64,000 nt of DNA, taken from positions 569,829 through 633,828 of the forward strand of contig NW_027192197.1 of the NCBI RefSeq assembly GCF_041956535.1. Reading direction: 5' to 3'. The DNA is from Calcarisporiella thermophila CBS 279.70 (Eukaryota > Fungi > Calcarisporiellomycota). How positions within the stretch are numbered: the first letter of the stretch is position 1; every line of letters starts with the position of its first letter. Shown here one piece after another: positions 1 through 12,383 of this stretch. Both the position numbers and the translations under genes were made by a program. The notes under the pieces were generated by a model. The model searched no databases. It was not told the origin of the DNA and saw only the letters and a program-made list of their open reading frames with translations.

Positions 1-900
1 TGTTCTTCTTAATCTGGACTTGCATAAAATTGATTCTAATTTGCCACTTGTCCTGTCGTATTAATGCATGCCAAAGCAATCAACGTAAAAAAGGAGTTAT
101 AAATAAATTGTTTGGTAATTGCATACTTGTTTTTATGCTATCAGCACAGGCTTTTATTTTTTCTTTTGCATATTCCTGTTAAAGATGATGCTCTACATCC
201 AAAAGCATGCCCATGGACAAGAGTCTCTTCAAGCTAAGAATTTGGTTTTAAAGGCTTTATTTTCACTTCTGAGAGGGTGATGAAATATAAAATATTGTCA
301 GGGTTCAGAAGCTCCCATAAATGTGTCATTGATGAGGATGGTCCTTCTTGCAAGTGTATTTGTCCCCAAATGGACAAAGAAACTAGAGTTTCAAAAAAAA
401 AATAATTAAAGATATTTTACATAATACTGAAGAGCATAGGTATAAAAAGGCACTACTTGATTGTCGGCATTTGCTCCTTAGGAGTTGTAGCTCTTATTAA
501 TGGCCATCGAGATTCCAAAAGAAAAAAATAGCTGAGAGTTGGGATGCAATAGCTGCAAGAATTCGAGATCAAGTGAGAATTACCTCCTGAACTTGATTTA
601 TATTTCATTTTTTGGCACACACTTGTAGACCTGTAGAGAATTTTTTTGTTTTTTTTTACATTTTTAGATTTCTCCCTGTGAGAGCAGCTTAAATTATGCA
701 AGAACATATTACTTTTTCTCCTACTGCTTTATCAGTTCTTCCTGGGCTGATAATCCTAAAGAGGAAAAGTAGAAGGGGTTCAGTTTAGCTTCCATTGGAG
801 CACGGGCTTTGTTTAACAGCATAAAGGGAGCAATTGCTCCTAAATATAATTAAAAAAACCCTGAAAGAAGCCCATCATGTTATCTTTTGCAAATCTTGTT
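1..900. other. AT-rich, CpG-depleted non-coding segment, possibly a decayed repeat/TE remnant
   Basis: About 6 CpG counted by eye in 1-900, versus roughly 15 in 901-1200. No convincing ORF. Palindrome GGAGCAATTGCTCC at 827-840. Confidence 0.3.
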
Positions 901-1180
901 AAATAAAATATTACAAATCGTTTCAAATCGCGAACAAGAAATCTCCTCTGAGAGTTGCTTGTCGAATACGTCGTCGGCTTGTTAATTTTTACGAATGAGC
1001 TGGATGCAGTTGAAAAGAAGCTGTTTTCATAACAATATACATGAAATTAATTATTCGTTAGGAAAGTCACGGCCTCGAGCTAGAGGGATTAATTACATAC
1101 ATCGTGTTTAATTCGGCCATATTGAATGCTTCTTGTCACTTGATTTCCTCTATTCAATTACTAAATTAAAACACGCCTTG

Positions 1181-1188
1181 TATATAAA
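1181..1188 (+). promoter_or_regulatory. TATA box upstream of OLE1
   Basis: TATATAAA about 220 nt upstream of the ATG, followed by a pyrimidine-rich tract. Confidence 0.45.
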
Positions 1189-1401
1189 CGCAGCACGGTC
1201 CCCTCACTTGTTACGCATTTTTTTCCCTTCTCTTTAGCTTTTCTAGATCAGTACTGTGTACTGGGGAATTTTTGTCCTTTTGGTCGCTCCCCGAGCTGGT
1301 TCATCTGTGAATAAATCAGCGTAGAGACGTAGAGATAACTGGGTGATATTCTTATATATAAATATATATATATATATACAAAATTCGGCTCCTTATTCAG
1401 C

Positions 1402-2877
1402 ATGAGTCAGACAGCTACTATCACCCTCACAAAGACGCAGACGTTTTCACATTCGCGCAAGAAGTCAAGATCCGAGAAGAAGCGCGAGAAGAAGCGTCTG
1501 AAAAAATCAGTGGCTAGGCCGTCCGGACACGCGCCGCTCTTTGATGAGCCAGTGACCTGGTGGAACTGGTACAAGTACGTTAACTGGTTAAATACGTTCT
1601 TTGTGGGTAGTCCTCTTGTTCTGTGGGCATATGCTCTCTCCAACACCGTCCTGCATCGGCATACTCTCTATCTTTCGGCAATTATGTATTTCTGTGGTGG
1701 CATCTCCATCACAGCTGGTTAGTGTCCAATCGTTATTTAGTCGGGTTACCTTGGGGGTATCTGATGGGTTTCCCCTCTTGTAGGTTATCACCGCTATTTC
1801 TCTCACAACTCCTACCGAGCCCATTGGTCTCTACGTCTGTTTTATGCTCTGTTTGGTGCCAGTGCTGTCCAAGGATCCATCCGCTGGTGGGTTCGTGGGC
1901 ACCGCGCCCATCATCGCTATCTTGACACGGACAAGGATCCGCATAATGCACACCGCGGACTCTTCTGGTCTCACATCGGCTGGCTGATTATGCGGCGACC
2001 TCGGTCCAAAATCGGGTACGCCGACGTCTCTGATCTGGATTCCGATCCGATCGTGCGCTGGCAGCACAATAACTACAGTCTCATTGCGATATTCATGTCT
2101 TTCATTCTGCCCACGGCGATCGCGGGGTTCGGGTGGGGTGATTGGCGAGGCGGTTATTTCTACGCCGGAGCGGCGCGATTAGCCTGTGTACACCAAGCGA
2201 CCTTTTGCATTAACAGTTTGGCCCATTATCTAGGTGATGCAACCTACGACGATAGGCATTCCCCTCGCGATCATTTTCTCACGGCCTTCTTGACCATGGG
2301 CGAAGGTTACCACAATTTCCACCACGCGTTCCCCATCGACTACCGGGCCGCGGTTGGGTTCTGGCAATGGGACCCCACGAAATGGTGGATCTATGTGTGC
2401 TCGTGGATCGGATTGACCTCGGATCTCAAACGGTTCCCGGAGAACGAGGTTGTCAAGGGGAGACTCAACATGAAGCAGAAGAAGCTCGACCGCCAAAAGT
2501 CGAAGGTCGACTGGGGCGTCCCGATTCGTGATCTTCCTGTGATCAGTTTCGAAGAATGTAAGTTCACATCCCTCATGACTTCTCAGTCCTCCCCCAGTGG
2601 CTAACTCACTTCACCCCTAGTCCAACGACTTTGTAAGCAGGAGAAGCGCTCTCTCATTCTAATTGAAGGGGTGGTACACGACGTGTCCGAGTTTATTGAT
2701 GAGCATCCAGGGGGCCGACAAATCATGCAGTATGGTATTGGCAAGGATATGACCGCGGCGTTTAATGGAGGGGTTTATAATCATTTGAATGCAGCAAGGA
2801 ATTTAATGGCCAAGATGCGGGTGGCCGTGGTGGAAGGCGGTATGGAGGTAGAAACGTTAAAAACCAAGGGAAAATGA
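1402..2877 (+). CDS. OLE1: Delta-9 acyl-CoA desaturase with C-terminal cytochrome b5 domain (3 exons; introns 1718-1783 and 2558-2620)
   Basis: His boxes [18 protein letters not shown] and EGYHNFHH. b5 motif HPGG. GT-AG introns restore one frame. Confidence 0.95.
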
Positions 2878-3272
2878 GCCTTTTAAATATGTTATCTCGT
2901 CTTAATAATAATCTTGATCTCTTAGTTTTTATGCGTATTTATCACTCTCGCCTTACTAGATTAAGAGAAAAGGCCCCCTCCCCTTTATCATTTGTACCAT
3001 CCTCAATCTATGGCATCTTCTTTAGTCTTTTCTTTTGTCTTTTCTTTCTTTGTTTTAATTGCATAAGTACATGTCCTAGCACTCCATCATTACTATATCT
3101 GTATTTTCCTTGCTTTGCTTCTCTTTCAATCTTTCTGTCTCCATTAGTAACCAATAATTTAGCATGGCTTCAGAATCCTATTACCCTGATTAAAACGATG
3201 AGATGCTTTGAATATGACGGGAATATTTATTTCAAATCTAAATGCTTTTTATTCCACCCATTTGAATTATTA

Positions 3273-4056
3273 TTACTTAGACAAAGCAGCCTGCAACGCT
3301 TCAAACACCTCAACCTCCACCTTTGCGGCTGCGCGCTCCTCTTCCGTTGTGGCCGCAGAAGCGAGACGCTGGGCCTCGCTAAGGTTGGACTTGACAGCCT
3401 AGGGAGCAAAATAAAACGTTTAGAACAGCTCATATCCACAATGCATCTAAGCGATGCCGCCATACCTCAAGTGAAAAATCCTCAAGAGAGAAGGCCTCCA
3501 CCGCATTAATATTAAGGGTTGAATCAGGATTAATGACAGCGAATCCGCCCGAAACTGTTTTAGAAAAATTGTCAAGGTCGCTTCTTCAATGCAAAATATA
3601 GATCATCCTCCCATTTACCAAAGTACTTCTTCGAACCACCTTGAATGTTTTCAATCACCTCCACGACGCCAGGGGCAAGTTGCTCAATAGAAGGAACGTG
3701 ATTAGCGAGAACACCCATGTCACCCGTAGTGGCCGCGATGTTCACCTGCTGAACCTCAGTGTTTTTGAAAATGGTCTAAAGATAATAGAAGATATTAGAG
3801 ATGCAGACCGCCACAGGGAGATGATCTAAGGATGAACAACCTCATGGGGCAAAACAAAGTTCAAGCGCAGTTTACCAGAAGCAGGTGCTTCAGTAGCATA
3901 ACGGCGAGCTAGAGTGATTGTGAGGGCGGATTAATAACACAGCACAACTTGCATCCAAACGCTAATAACCAGTTTGCAATGGAGCAGCCTAAGCTTACCA
4001 TATTGAGCGGGACGCAATGTAGCCGCTGCACGAGCAGTTTTCAGAATGGTGTTCAT
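3273..4056 (-). CDS. ATP16: Mitochondrial F1 ATP synthase delta subunit (5 exons)
   Basis: Spliced translation MNTILKTARAAATLRPAQ...RRYATEAPASGKLRLNFVLPHE...QVNIAATTGDMGVLANHVPSIEQLAPGVVEV...SGGFAVINPDSTLNINAVEAF...EVFEALQAALSK*, with a presequence-like N-terminus. Confidence 0.93.
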
Positions 4057-4798
4057 TTTCAATGGTAAACCCCGATGTATTTATTCGGACCAGAGTTCTC
4101 GATATTGAGCAATGGAAATAGGAAAACAGCAGGGGAATTGCTGCGCCCCACTGCCTTCATCATGCCTCGAGCAGAATTCATATATCTTGATTCTTGGTTT
4201 TATCTTGGTTTAGTTTGCGTATATTAGCGACTTCAGCCAAAGTTTGCCCAGAGGAAACTTTGAATTGTGGCTCTTGGGGCCACTGGAGAATCCTTAAAGA
4301 GATGCCCATTTCAGCACACGCCATTAAAGAATCGTTTCTCATGCGGCATGATATGGGTTTTTTCTCAACAGAATTTTCTCATCTAATTGTCTGGGGCTGT
4401 TTGCGAGGAGTTTCTAATTCCATTAATTATAAACACGCCATTACTCCATTGCATGCTTAACAATGGGGCACCCCAAAATTACCAAATGCAATAAAAATGG
4501 TGTTGCCAAAATGTGCTAAATAGATGTTGCAAACACTTTTCTTTGGGTTGTGAATGTCTATTTTTTTTTTTCGTTGCTGATCCCTTTTGGAATGAGATAT
4601 TACGCGGCTTTCGTTTTCTACGTATGAATCGGTCAAGGATTGCTAACAAATGGGTGGATTGTGCTGATCCAAAAAAAAAAAGAGATAGAGAATAAGCCGG
4701 GCCAACTCAAAGACGTGGGAGAAAAAGCTCTCTGGCGAGGGGATTGATTTCGCGGCTGGGCAACTTTATTTAGCACGCGGAGAAGAAGAGGGCGAAGC

Positions 4799-4860
4799 GG
4801 GCGGGCGGGCGGGCGGGCCAGGCTGGATAGCCCACAGCGAGGCGGGATGGGCGGGCGGGC
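4799..4860 (+). repeat. (GGGC)n GC-box / G-quadruplex-capable repeats in the divergent promoter region
   Basis: Five GGG tracts separated by single C at 4799-4817, and three more at 4848-4859. Confidence 0.6.
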
Positions 4861-5545
4861 TCAAACGGCGCATATGCACGCCTGATAATCATTCTTCACA
4901 AGCCGTAGGAGCAGCGGGGGATTTTTGGGGAATGGATAGTTTTGTGATGGTGCAACAATGTGCAACGGTCGGTGCAAGCAGTGAATCTCGCCTTCTCCTT
5001 TGCTCTCCTCTCTCTATTTCTTCTGTTTATTATTTTCTATTCTCACTAAACTCTCCTCCACTCCCTTTCCCCCCTCGCTTTCTCCGCCAAAAATAATATA
5101 CTAGTGTTATTATCCTATTAATTCTTTAATTCGGACGCGTACGACTGCTTGCATTCCTCGTCGCAAGTGGATCTGGGAGTACAGCGAAGTATTTGCAGCT
5201 TGCACTAGGTTTTACCGTGAGCGGTAATCGGTAAGTTTTTCTCTTGCATCACGCGCCTTGAATTATCCCACTCCATCCAATCCCTCATGCTCCTGCACCT
5301 CCTCCCCCATTTCTCCCTCACTCGATTACCCGATTTCGAACCACGCTTTTGCATGGCTTCCTGTCGAGGAATGATTCTACGCTCTCATTGATGTATGCCT
5401 TCTTTTTTCTGTGTAATTGGTAATTTTAGCCTTTCCATCCGGAATTTTCTCTCCAAAGGGAGGCCCATTCGTCGTTGTTGCCTTGAATATCTGTCCATTC
5501 TCTGCTCCGCACTAATCGACTTAGTTTCCAATTGCGATATCGGTG

Positions 5546-7734
5546 ATGGAAGGCAAGGGGCACACCTATGCATCCAATGCTATCCCCACTACTGGCTATG
5601 TACAACAGCAAGGTGACCGGACTCTACAGCAACAGCACCCGCCGCCTCCGCCATCGGATCAGCAACAGGGATACTCAACCCAGCAGCAATACGATGGCTA
5701 TCCTATCTACAACTATGGTTATCTCCCTCAATACTCACTTCAATACTATCAAAGTTATCCAGCGGCTGGGCCTGTTGCCGTCTATCAGATGAGCCCCCCG
5801 CTGCAGGCCCAGACCTCTCCCGTAGTGAGCCCATATTTTGGGCCGGGAAGTCCTCAAGCCTTCCCCTACCCTGCATCGCCCTCTTCTGGACAGCCTCCTC
5901 AGAGTCCGCCCGCGACTGCCGTCGTCCTAGTCCCCTCGCCAACGATGCAGCCATATGTTTATCCTTACGTCCAGCCTGCAAGTGTTCATTCTTCGCCTAG
6001 CTTCTCTTCCTCGGCTACTTCGGCTCCCAATTCGCCCCCTTTCCGCTATCCCCCGGAGAGCTCACCCATTAATAAGCCAGCTGCAAATTTGGACCAGCAG
6101 CAAGGGATACGTCAGCCCTCAACGCACCCATCGTCTCCTCCGCTTCCGCATGTATTACAACAACAGCAGCAGCAACATCCCCAAGCACAATCCCAACAAC
6201 AACAGCAACAGCAGCAGATGCAGCAAATCCTCAACCAATATCCGCAACACAATGACCCATACTACAACCCGCTGCACATCACCAACATTTATATCCGCGG
6301 GCTACCGCCCTCTACCACCGATGAATCCTTTTACAACATGTGCTGCGCGTAAGTAAAGTTCAATCTACCCTTATGCTGCCATTTCATTTAATAATAATAA
6401 TATTTTATAATGTCGTCTCTTTATTTTTTTTAACCTTCTCATGCTTAATGAATTTAGATACGGAAAAATCAATTCTTCGAAGGCTATCATCGACCTCAAA
6501 AATGGTAACTGTAAAGGCTACGGGTTTGTCATGTATGAGACGGAGGAGGAAGCACGAAAAGCAATAGAAGCATTGAATCAGATGGGATTCCAAGTGTCTT
6601 TTGCGAGGGTAAACATCATTCTGCCTTTTTCATCCTTGTTTCATGATCTCACATGTTGCTATACCTGTTTATCCCTGAAGGATTCGTTTGGATTGCGTAT
6701 GCGCGGGATGCAAGAGTTTGGATCCACCAATATTCATTTATCGAATTTACCTCTAGATATGGATGAACAGGTTAGGACGACCACCCTATTCCTTCTCCCA
6801 CCGCTATGCTAAACGGCTTTTTTTTCCAATTTTCCAGAAACTAGAAGAGATGCTGCTTCCATACAAAACAGAGAAATGCCAAGTATTTAGACACCCAGAG
6901 ACGAACGTTAGTCGGGGTATAGGCTGGGCAAAGTAATTGTTATCTTGCCAATACAAACAAGCGCTGTAGCATGAATTGACTGAATGAATGTTTATTGCCA
7001 CTAGGATGAGCGATCGCCAATCGGCCGAAGCATGTATCGCGAAATTCAACAACTCGATTATCAAAGGATCGAATGGCCCCTTACAAGTTCGATTTGCCGA
7101 CCCGGAAACGCAAAAAAAATCAAAAACCCAAGGGACTAAGAAACAAAAGGCATGGCGAATTAGTCAATACGGGGTAAATATCGCTGATAAATCTCGCGAA
7201 AATAAAAAACACTTTAACTCAGTTGCTCTCCCTCCTTGCTTCCAGCCCCAGTTCAGCCCTCTGGCCCCTGATCAAGGACCACTTACTCCTGAAACCGTAC
7301 TTGGCATTGGAGTCACCCAGGCTCAACAAGATACCACTTCGAATCCGGCGCCTCCCCCCGGCGCAGGTGCCACCGGTTATTATCCTACCGTTGCTGCCGG
7401 ATATCCCCCATATTATGCCATTCCTGCAGCTTCTGGCTATCCGATCCGGCCCATCTTTTTCACTCCTCCTCTTCATTATCAACATTACTCTAGCTCGGTG
7501 AGTGACGACGCATCGTCTCTCAACCTGGACTCGTCGGGACGTACGACGCCAACCAGTTCGGACACTGGCCTTGGTGGAGAATACGAAGATGGGGATGCAG
7601 AAGAAGAGGAGGAGGAGGACATTTCAGCCGTGGTCGAGAGAAAGCTCTTTATTGGGGAGGATCCCCGGGAGCATGAGCGAGAGCGCGATGAGGATAAGAA
7701 AGGAGATAAAGAGGAGAAGAAGGAGAAATCATGA
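5546..7734 (+). CDS. Two-RRM RNA-binding protein (MSSP/RBMS/Rim4-like) with Q/P/Y-rich low-complexity N-terminus
   Basis: RRM1 TNIYIRGLPPSTTDE...YGKINSSKAIID...CKGYGFVMY. RRM2 TNIHLSNLPLDMDEQ...SRGIGWA...LQVRFAD. PolyQ tracts. Several GT-AG introns and a probable 5'UTR intron from 5231. Confidence 0.85.
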
Positions 7735-8899
7735 GTGGTGCGTGATGCGGACCTTGCACGGTAGGGGTAGGGGCGAAGGATGTGGAGTGCATGCGTAAAA
7801 TTGTCGATGAAACGCACTGGACGATAATTTCTCTTCCTTTTGATCTACCTATACATTTACCTCTACATATACATTTACTTTACATATATTTATATACTAA
7901 TATTATATATCTCGGGATTTATTTATGTTTATACTTTATATACTTCTACTGTGGGATAACATATTATCATCATGGGTAACGCTATGTTGAACCACCATTC
8001 ATTCTGTGCGTATATGTGAGGATTTATTTATGGGGTTGTATCATTATTCATCCATTTTTTTTCTTTTTTTTCATTCCCTTTATTTTATGATATCGGTTGA
8101 ACGCTGTTTTGGATTCGGGAATTAAGAAGACATGTTCTTTCTCCATGTGGTGTTCACATAGAGAGAACTCTCTTCTCTTTTCCCCTCTCATTCATTCATA
8201 TGCTCAATTACTCTTTTATGGCTTTTTTTTTATTTTAATTATTATTGGATATAGCTGGAGAGGACCTTCTACTTTCTTTTTATTTCCTATATATACTTGC
8301 GCGAATATCATTTTCTTTCTTTCTCTTTTTTTTCGTGTATATTTTTCATATATACATCATTCCTTTTTACCATTTTTCTACTCTCTTCCTTTCCCCTTTA
8401 CTTTTCTTCTATAACTTATATATTTTTTTATGTTTTTTTTTTCTACTGGGCTATTAAGGGGCTGCTGGGGTTTATATTGATGACGGGATTTTCGTTTAAA
8501 TTTTATTGTTTATAACATTTAAAAAAAAAAGATCTGATATATGGCTTTTTTATATCTCACTCGACCAAACGATACAAATGAGCAGTTGTGTTTGAGAGAT
8601 ATATCCTTGTGGCATTGCGAAGGTTTGAAAGATGTTTGCTTATCTAATCCACGCTTATCGTTTCCTCATTCGAACTCTCCAACCCTGCCTTAGCTTCAGC
8701 AGATCTATTTTGCTTAGAAAACCCCTATAAGGATGGAGGGTTGAGGTGGAAAGTCAAACTATTCATTAGGGGGAAAAAAAAAGAAGAGAAAAAACAAGAG
8801 TTATAGCCAAAAGTTATCCAAGGGTGTGTGCATACATAAACTAAGATAAAAAACAGCAGGATAAACACAAGATAAAGACTAAAATGCAGATGGAATGGT

Positions 8900-11230
8900 T
8901 TAGGCATTTATACGGCCCAAAACCTTCAGGGTTCCGTTAGGCAGCATCATTCCCAGATCGCCGGTGTGCAACCACTCGTCCCGGATGGTTTTGGAGGTCA
9001 AGTCGTCATTCTTGTAGTAGCCCTTCATGACGCTTGGCCCTCGAACGCAAATCTAGATAGGCAAAAGGAGAAACAAAAAGAGAACAGGTCGGAATTATCG
9101 TAGCGATCATAGAAAAGATAAACAATTACCTCGCCGCGAGGATTGGGTTGGTCAGCAGAGGTATAGTCCTTGAAGTCTACCAGTTTAATCTCGCAGCAGG
9201 GCACGACGGCGCCCACACTGCCCTCCTCATTATACTCGAACACGTTCGAGAGCGTGACGGCGGAGGTGGCTTCCGTGAGACCGTAAGTTTGAACCACGGG
9301 ACAGCCAAGTGTGATGCGGTACCAGGTAAGGAGTTTGGGATCGACGGGGGCTAACAAGATAAAAACAAGTGTTTAAGCACTCTGGCCAAGCAAAGCGTCT
9401 AATTTTGTTTTCTCTAGGAGTTAAGCAGAACCTTACCGGATCCAGAGATCACGACGCGAATGGCTCCACCAAGCTTATTCCGAATGGCACGGAATACCAG
9501 AAAGTCCCACTTGGAATCGTGGACAAGACGGCCTTTCTCAAGCAGCAGTTTCCTTTTAACTTCGTATCCCTTTTTGAAAAGGAACGATCCGCCCAAGGAG
9601 CTCTCGATGGTCTCCTGGAAGCGTGCAAGATATTTGGGAGTGCTAGAGAACAAGTTGACGGGCGTTAAGAAATCACGTCTTGGAGTTGAGTACACAACCA
9701 CAATTACCTGGCAAAGACAGTAGGCTTGGCTTCTTCGGCATCATTGAAGAGCTTACTGATGTTTAAATCTCCGCGATAAAAGGCGATAGAAGCACCAACA
9801 AAGATGTGCAGGTATAGAATGGTCCTCTCGAACGTGTAGGCTATGTGGGTTACAAGCGCGTAAGAACGTCGCCTACAATTGCACATCAAAGACTATAGGG
9901 TATTACCAAGAGGCATATAGGAAAAGTGCCTGTCCTCGCGGGTCAGCTTTTGAGTCTGGGGTAAGATCGCGAAGCAAGCTGATACGTTCGCAACTAAATT
10001 TTGATGTGAAAGCATCACCGGTTTAGGCTCTTGAGTCGTCCCATTGGTGAAACAAATGACTGCTAGGTCATCGGGACCTAGAGGAGAGGAAAAAGAAATG
10101 AAGTACTAAAGCTGTGACATACAAGAATGATCGGGCTTACCAGGGGGTACTGGTTCCCTCTTGTTCTCTAGTCCAACCTCCTCTACCGCTGAGAATTTAG
10201 TTAGTGTGATGCCCTTCTCCTTGGCCTCCGCAGCAACATCGTCCGGGATATAGATTTCTGCTAGGATAATGTGCTTAAGGCTAGGGGAAGAAGGAGCAGC
10301 GGCGAGAGCAATAGGGAGCGTAGCATTATTGACGAGGATAGCTTGAAGAGAAGTGAGGTTGATGATTCCAGAGAGAGATTCGGGTGATTGTTTCTCGGGA
10401 ATGGGCAATGTGACAAGGCTATAATGTGAGGTGGCTATAATGGTTGGGGAAGCAGGAGAATTTAGTAACTATGCCGCGTTAAGATATAGGGTATCATGGC
10501 TAACCAAGCTCGGCAATAACATATTCTATGAGTAAACGAAGAAATGAGGAAAAAGAATCAGTCAAAGACCATTAAATGGTTGCCGTGCAAAAGTTGTACC
10601 TGGAGAGTTCTGAATAAATATTCCAAGAATGCTCTCAGTTCGCGGAGCAAGTTTGGTAATTTCCAAGAGACCCGACCCAAAATTCTTCACTCTACTATCG
10701 ACCTCATCTATAACACCAGATATGCCGTTAGAAACATAGTTAGAATGCCTCGCAACGTCCTTTACACTAACCATACGTTTGCTATATATAAGCGTAAGGC
10801 AAGACGAATAAAAAGTTAGCATTATGGTAGACTCGCGCCCTTGCTCAATCCATCTCTTTGCCATTTTTATGCATGCAGGTCCATTTTACAAAGGTCGGCA
10901 CAAGAATGCTCCACTTACATAAATATAAGGCCCTCCTCCTTGCCGTACCCCCAAGAAGTCTTGGTCGGCACTCGTCTTCACTCCCCCATTTCTCCAAAGC
11001 TCATACACGGTTTTCACTGCTCTGTCCGAGCTTGTTAGCAGAGGTCCCCCGTGGGGAGCGAATTTGGAACGATAGACGGCCGATTCGCCGGGAAAGCGGA
11101 TATTCGACACATCCGCCTGGTGGTTCAGGAGGAGCGGGTGGATGTCCGGCTCATTATTAGTGCGAATCGCGTAAAATGTAACCGCACCAATGGTCCCGAG
11201 GAGAAGGAGACTGAGGGAATCAAACTCCAT
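8900..11230 (-). CDS. Long-chain acyl-CoA synthetase-like AMP-binding protein, lacking the C-terminal domain (multi-exon)
   Basis: N-terminal TM segment then EPDIHPLLL...RFPGESAVYRS. Motifs FTNGTTQEPKPV, SYMPLAYTFER, TYGLTE, GEICVRGP and WLHTGDLG, with a stop soon after (LGRINA*). Confidence 0.85.
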
Positions 11231-12383
11231 TTGCGTGGTGAGAGTTTCTGCGAAGGTTACTAATGATGCGCGAAAAAAAAAAAATCCTCTTAGGGTTGGC
11301 AGTCAGAAAATCGAATGACGAAGTGCCAAAAAGCTCGGAAACGGGATTCCAAGTGAGGTAGCATCACGGCTTGCCGCTCTAATGGTGCAAAATTGATTGG
11401 CCATACAGAAAGCTGTGTGACAGAATAGGCACCGCGACTAGAGCCATAATCTTGGCCATGCAAAAGAGGAGGCGGCTTGACCGTGAAAACAATCCAGCAC
11501 ATCGTGGCTAGAACAAGGAAAACGGAGGGTGCGTGCCGTGTCAGAGCATGCAGAGAGAGCGTTGATGTACTAGGCTGGAGTACACGCGCCGATTTGAATC
11601 TTCTTCCAAATAGAAGATATTTGATCAATTCGAGACACCTTCATGTAATGGAGAGCTGGATATGCCGTTGGGTTTATTGCCCTAATAAACAGAGGATAAC
11701 AATGGAGTTTCCAGCATCCTGTACCTTAACGATGACTCTAGCTGGATAGAAGAATTCATGAGCCCACAGATATTCCGCTAGTCCAAAGCTCAAAGTACCG
11801 AAATTACACCAATTCTGTGCAAACAAATAGATCCTAGAGGAAACTTGACCTTTTTTTCTTTTTCGAACTCGACGGCTTTCATGCTTAACATTCCACTGCC
11901 CGATGGGTAGTATTGGATATTTAACTTACAATAGCTCTGTATGTATTATTTTGCATCTGTATTTTGCTGATTACCGCTTTTAGAAGCTGTATTTATATCA
12001 AAGTAACATGTTAATACTTTATTCGAGCGAAAAAAACAGTGGAGCTGAAAGATAGGGGACAATCCCATGCCAGTATCTATGCACTGGCGATTTTCTGTCT
12101 AATATAAAATCCAATCCAAAGATATAAGCTCGCTTAACTAATTATACCAACCAAAATTCCAAGGTCGACTGAACTTCATTAAAGATCAGGATAGCAGAAA
12201 TCCAACAACAAGGTGAGGAAAATAGGTACAACACTTAATCAAATTATTAAGATAGAATCGGTTCAACCCATCTGAAACGAGAATCGAAGCAAAAATTTTT
12301 AAGCAAAACGTGCAAAGCGTACCGTATATATATACACATATAAAGAAATAAAAAGAAAATATCCCAGTAATTCATTATCCCTG

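Noticed and set aside
2874-3509. 211-aa + strand ORF directly after OLE1
   Set aside because: It spans low-complexity 3'UTRs and the antisense of ATP16 exons and has no protein-like signature.
8097-8515. Several F/Y/L-rich ORFs
   Set aside because: Artefacts of a T-rich 3' region.
11330-11615. Possible RNase P or telomerase RNA (GCCGATTTG; CAACCCTAA)
   Set aside because: No matching partner strand for the P4 helix was found, and the telomere-like motif sits immediately upstream of a protein gene.
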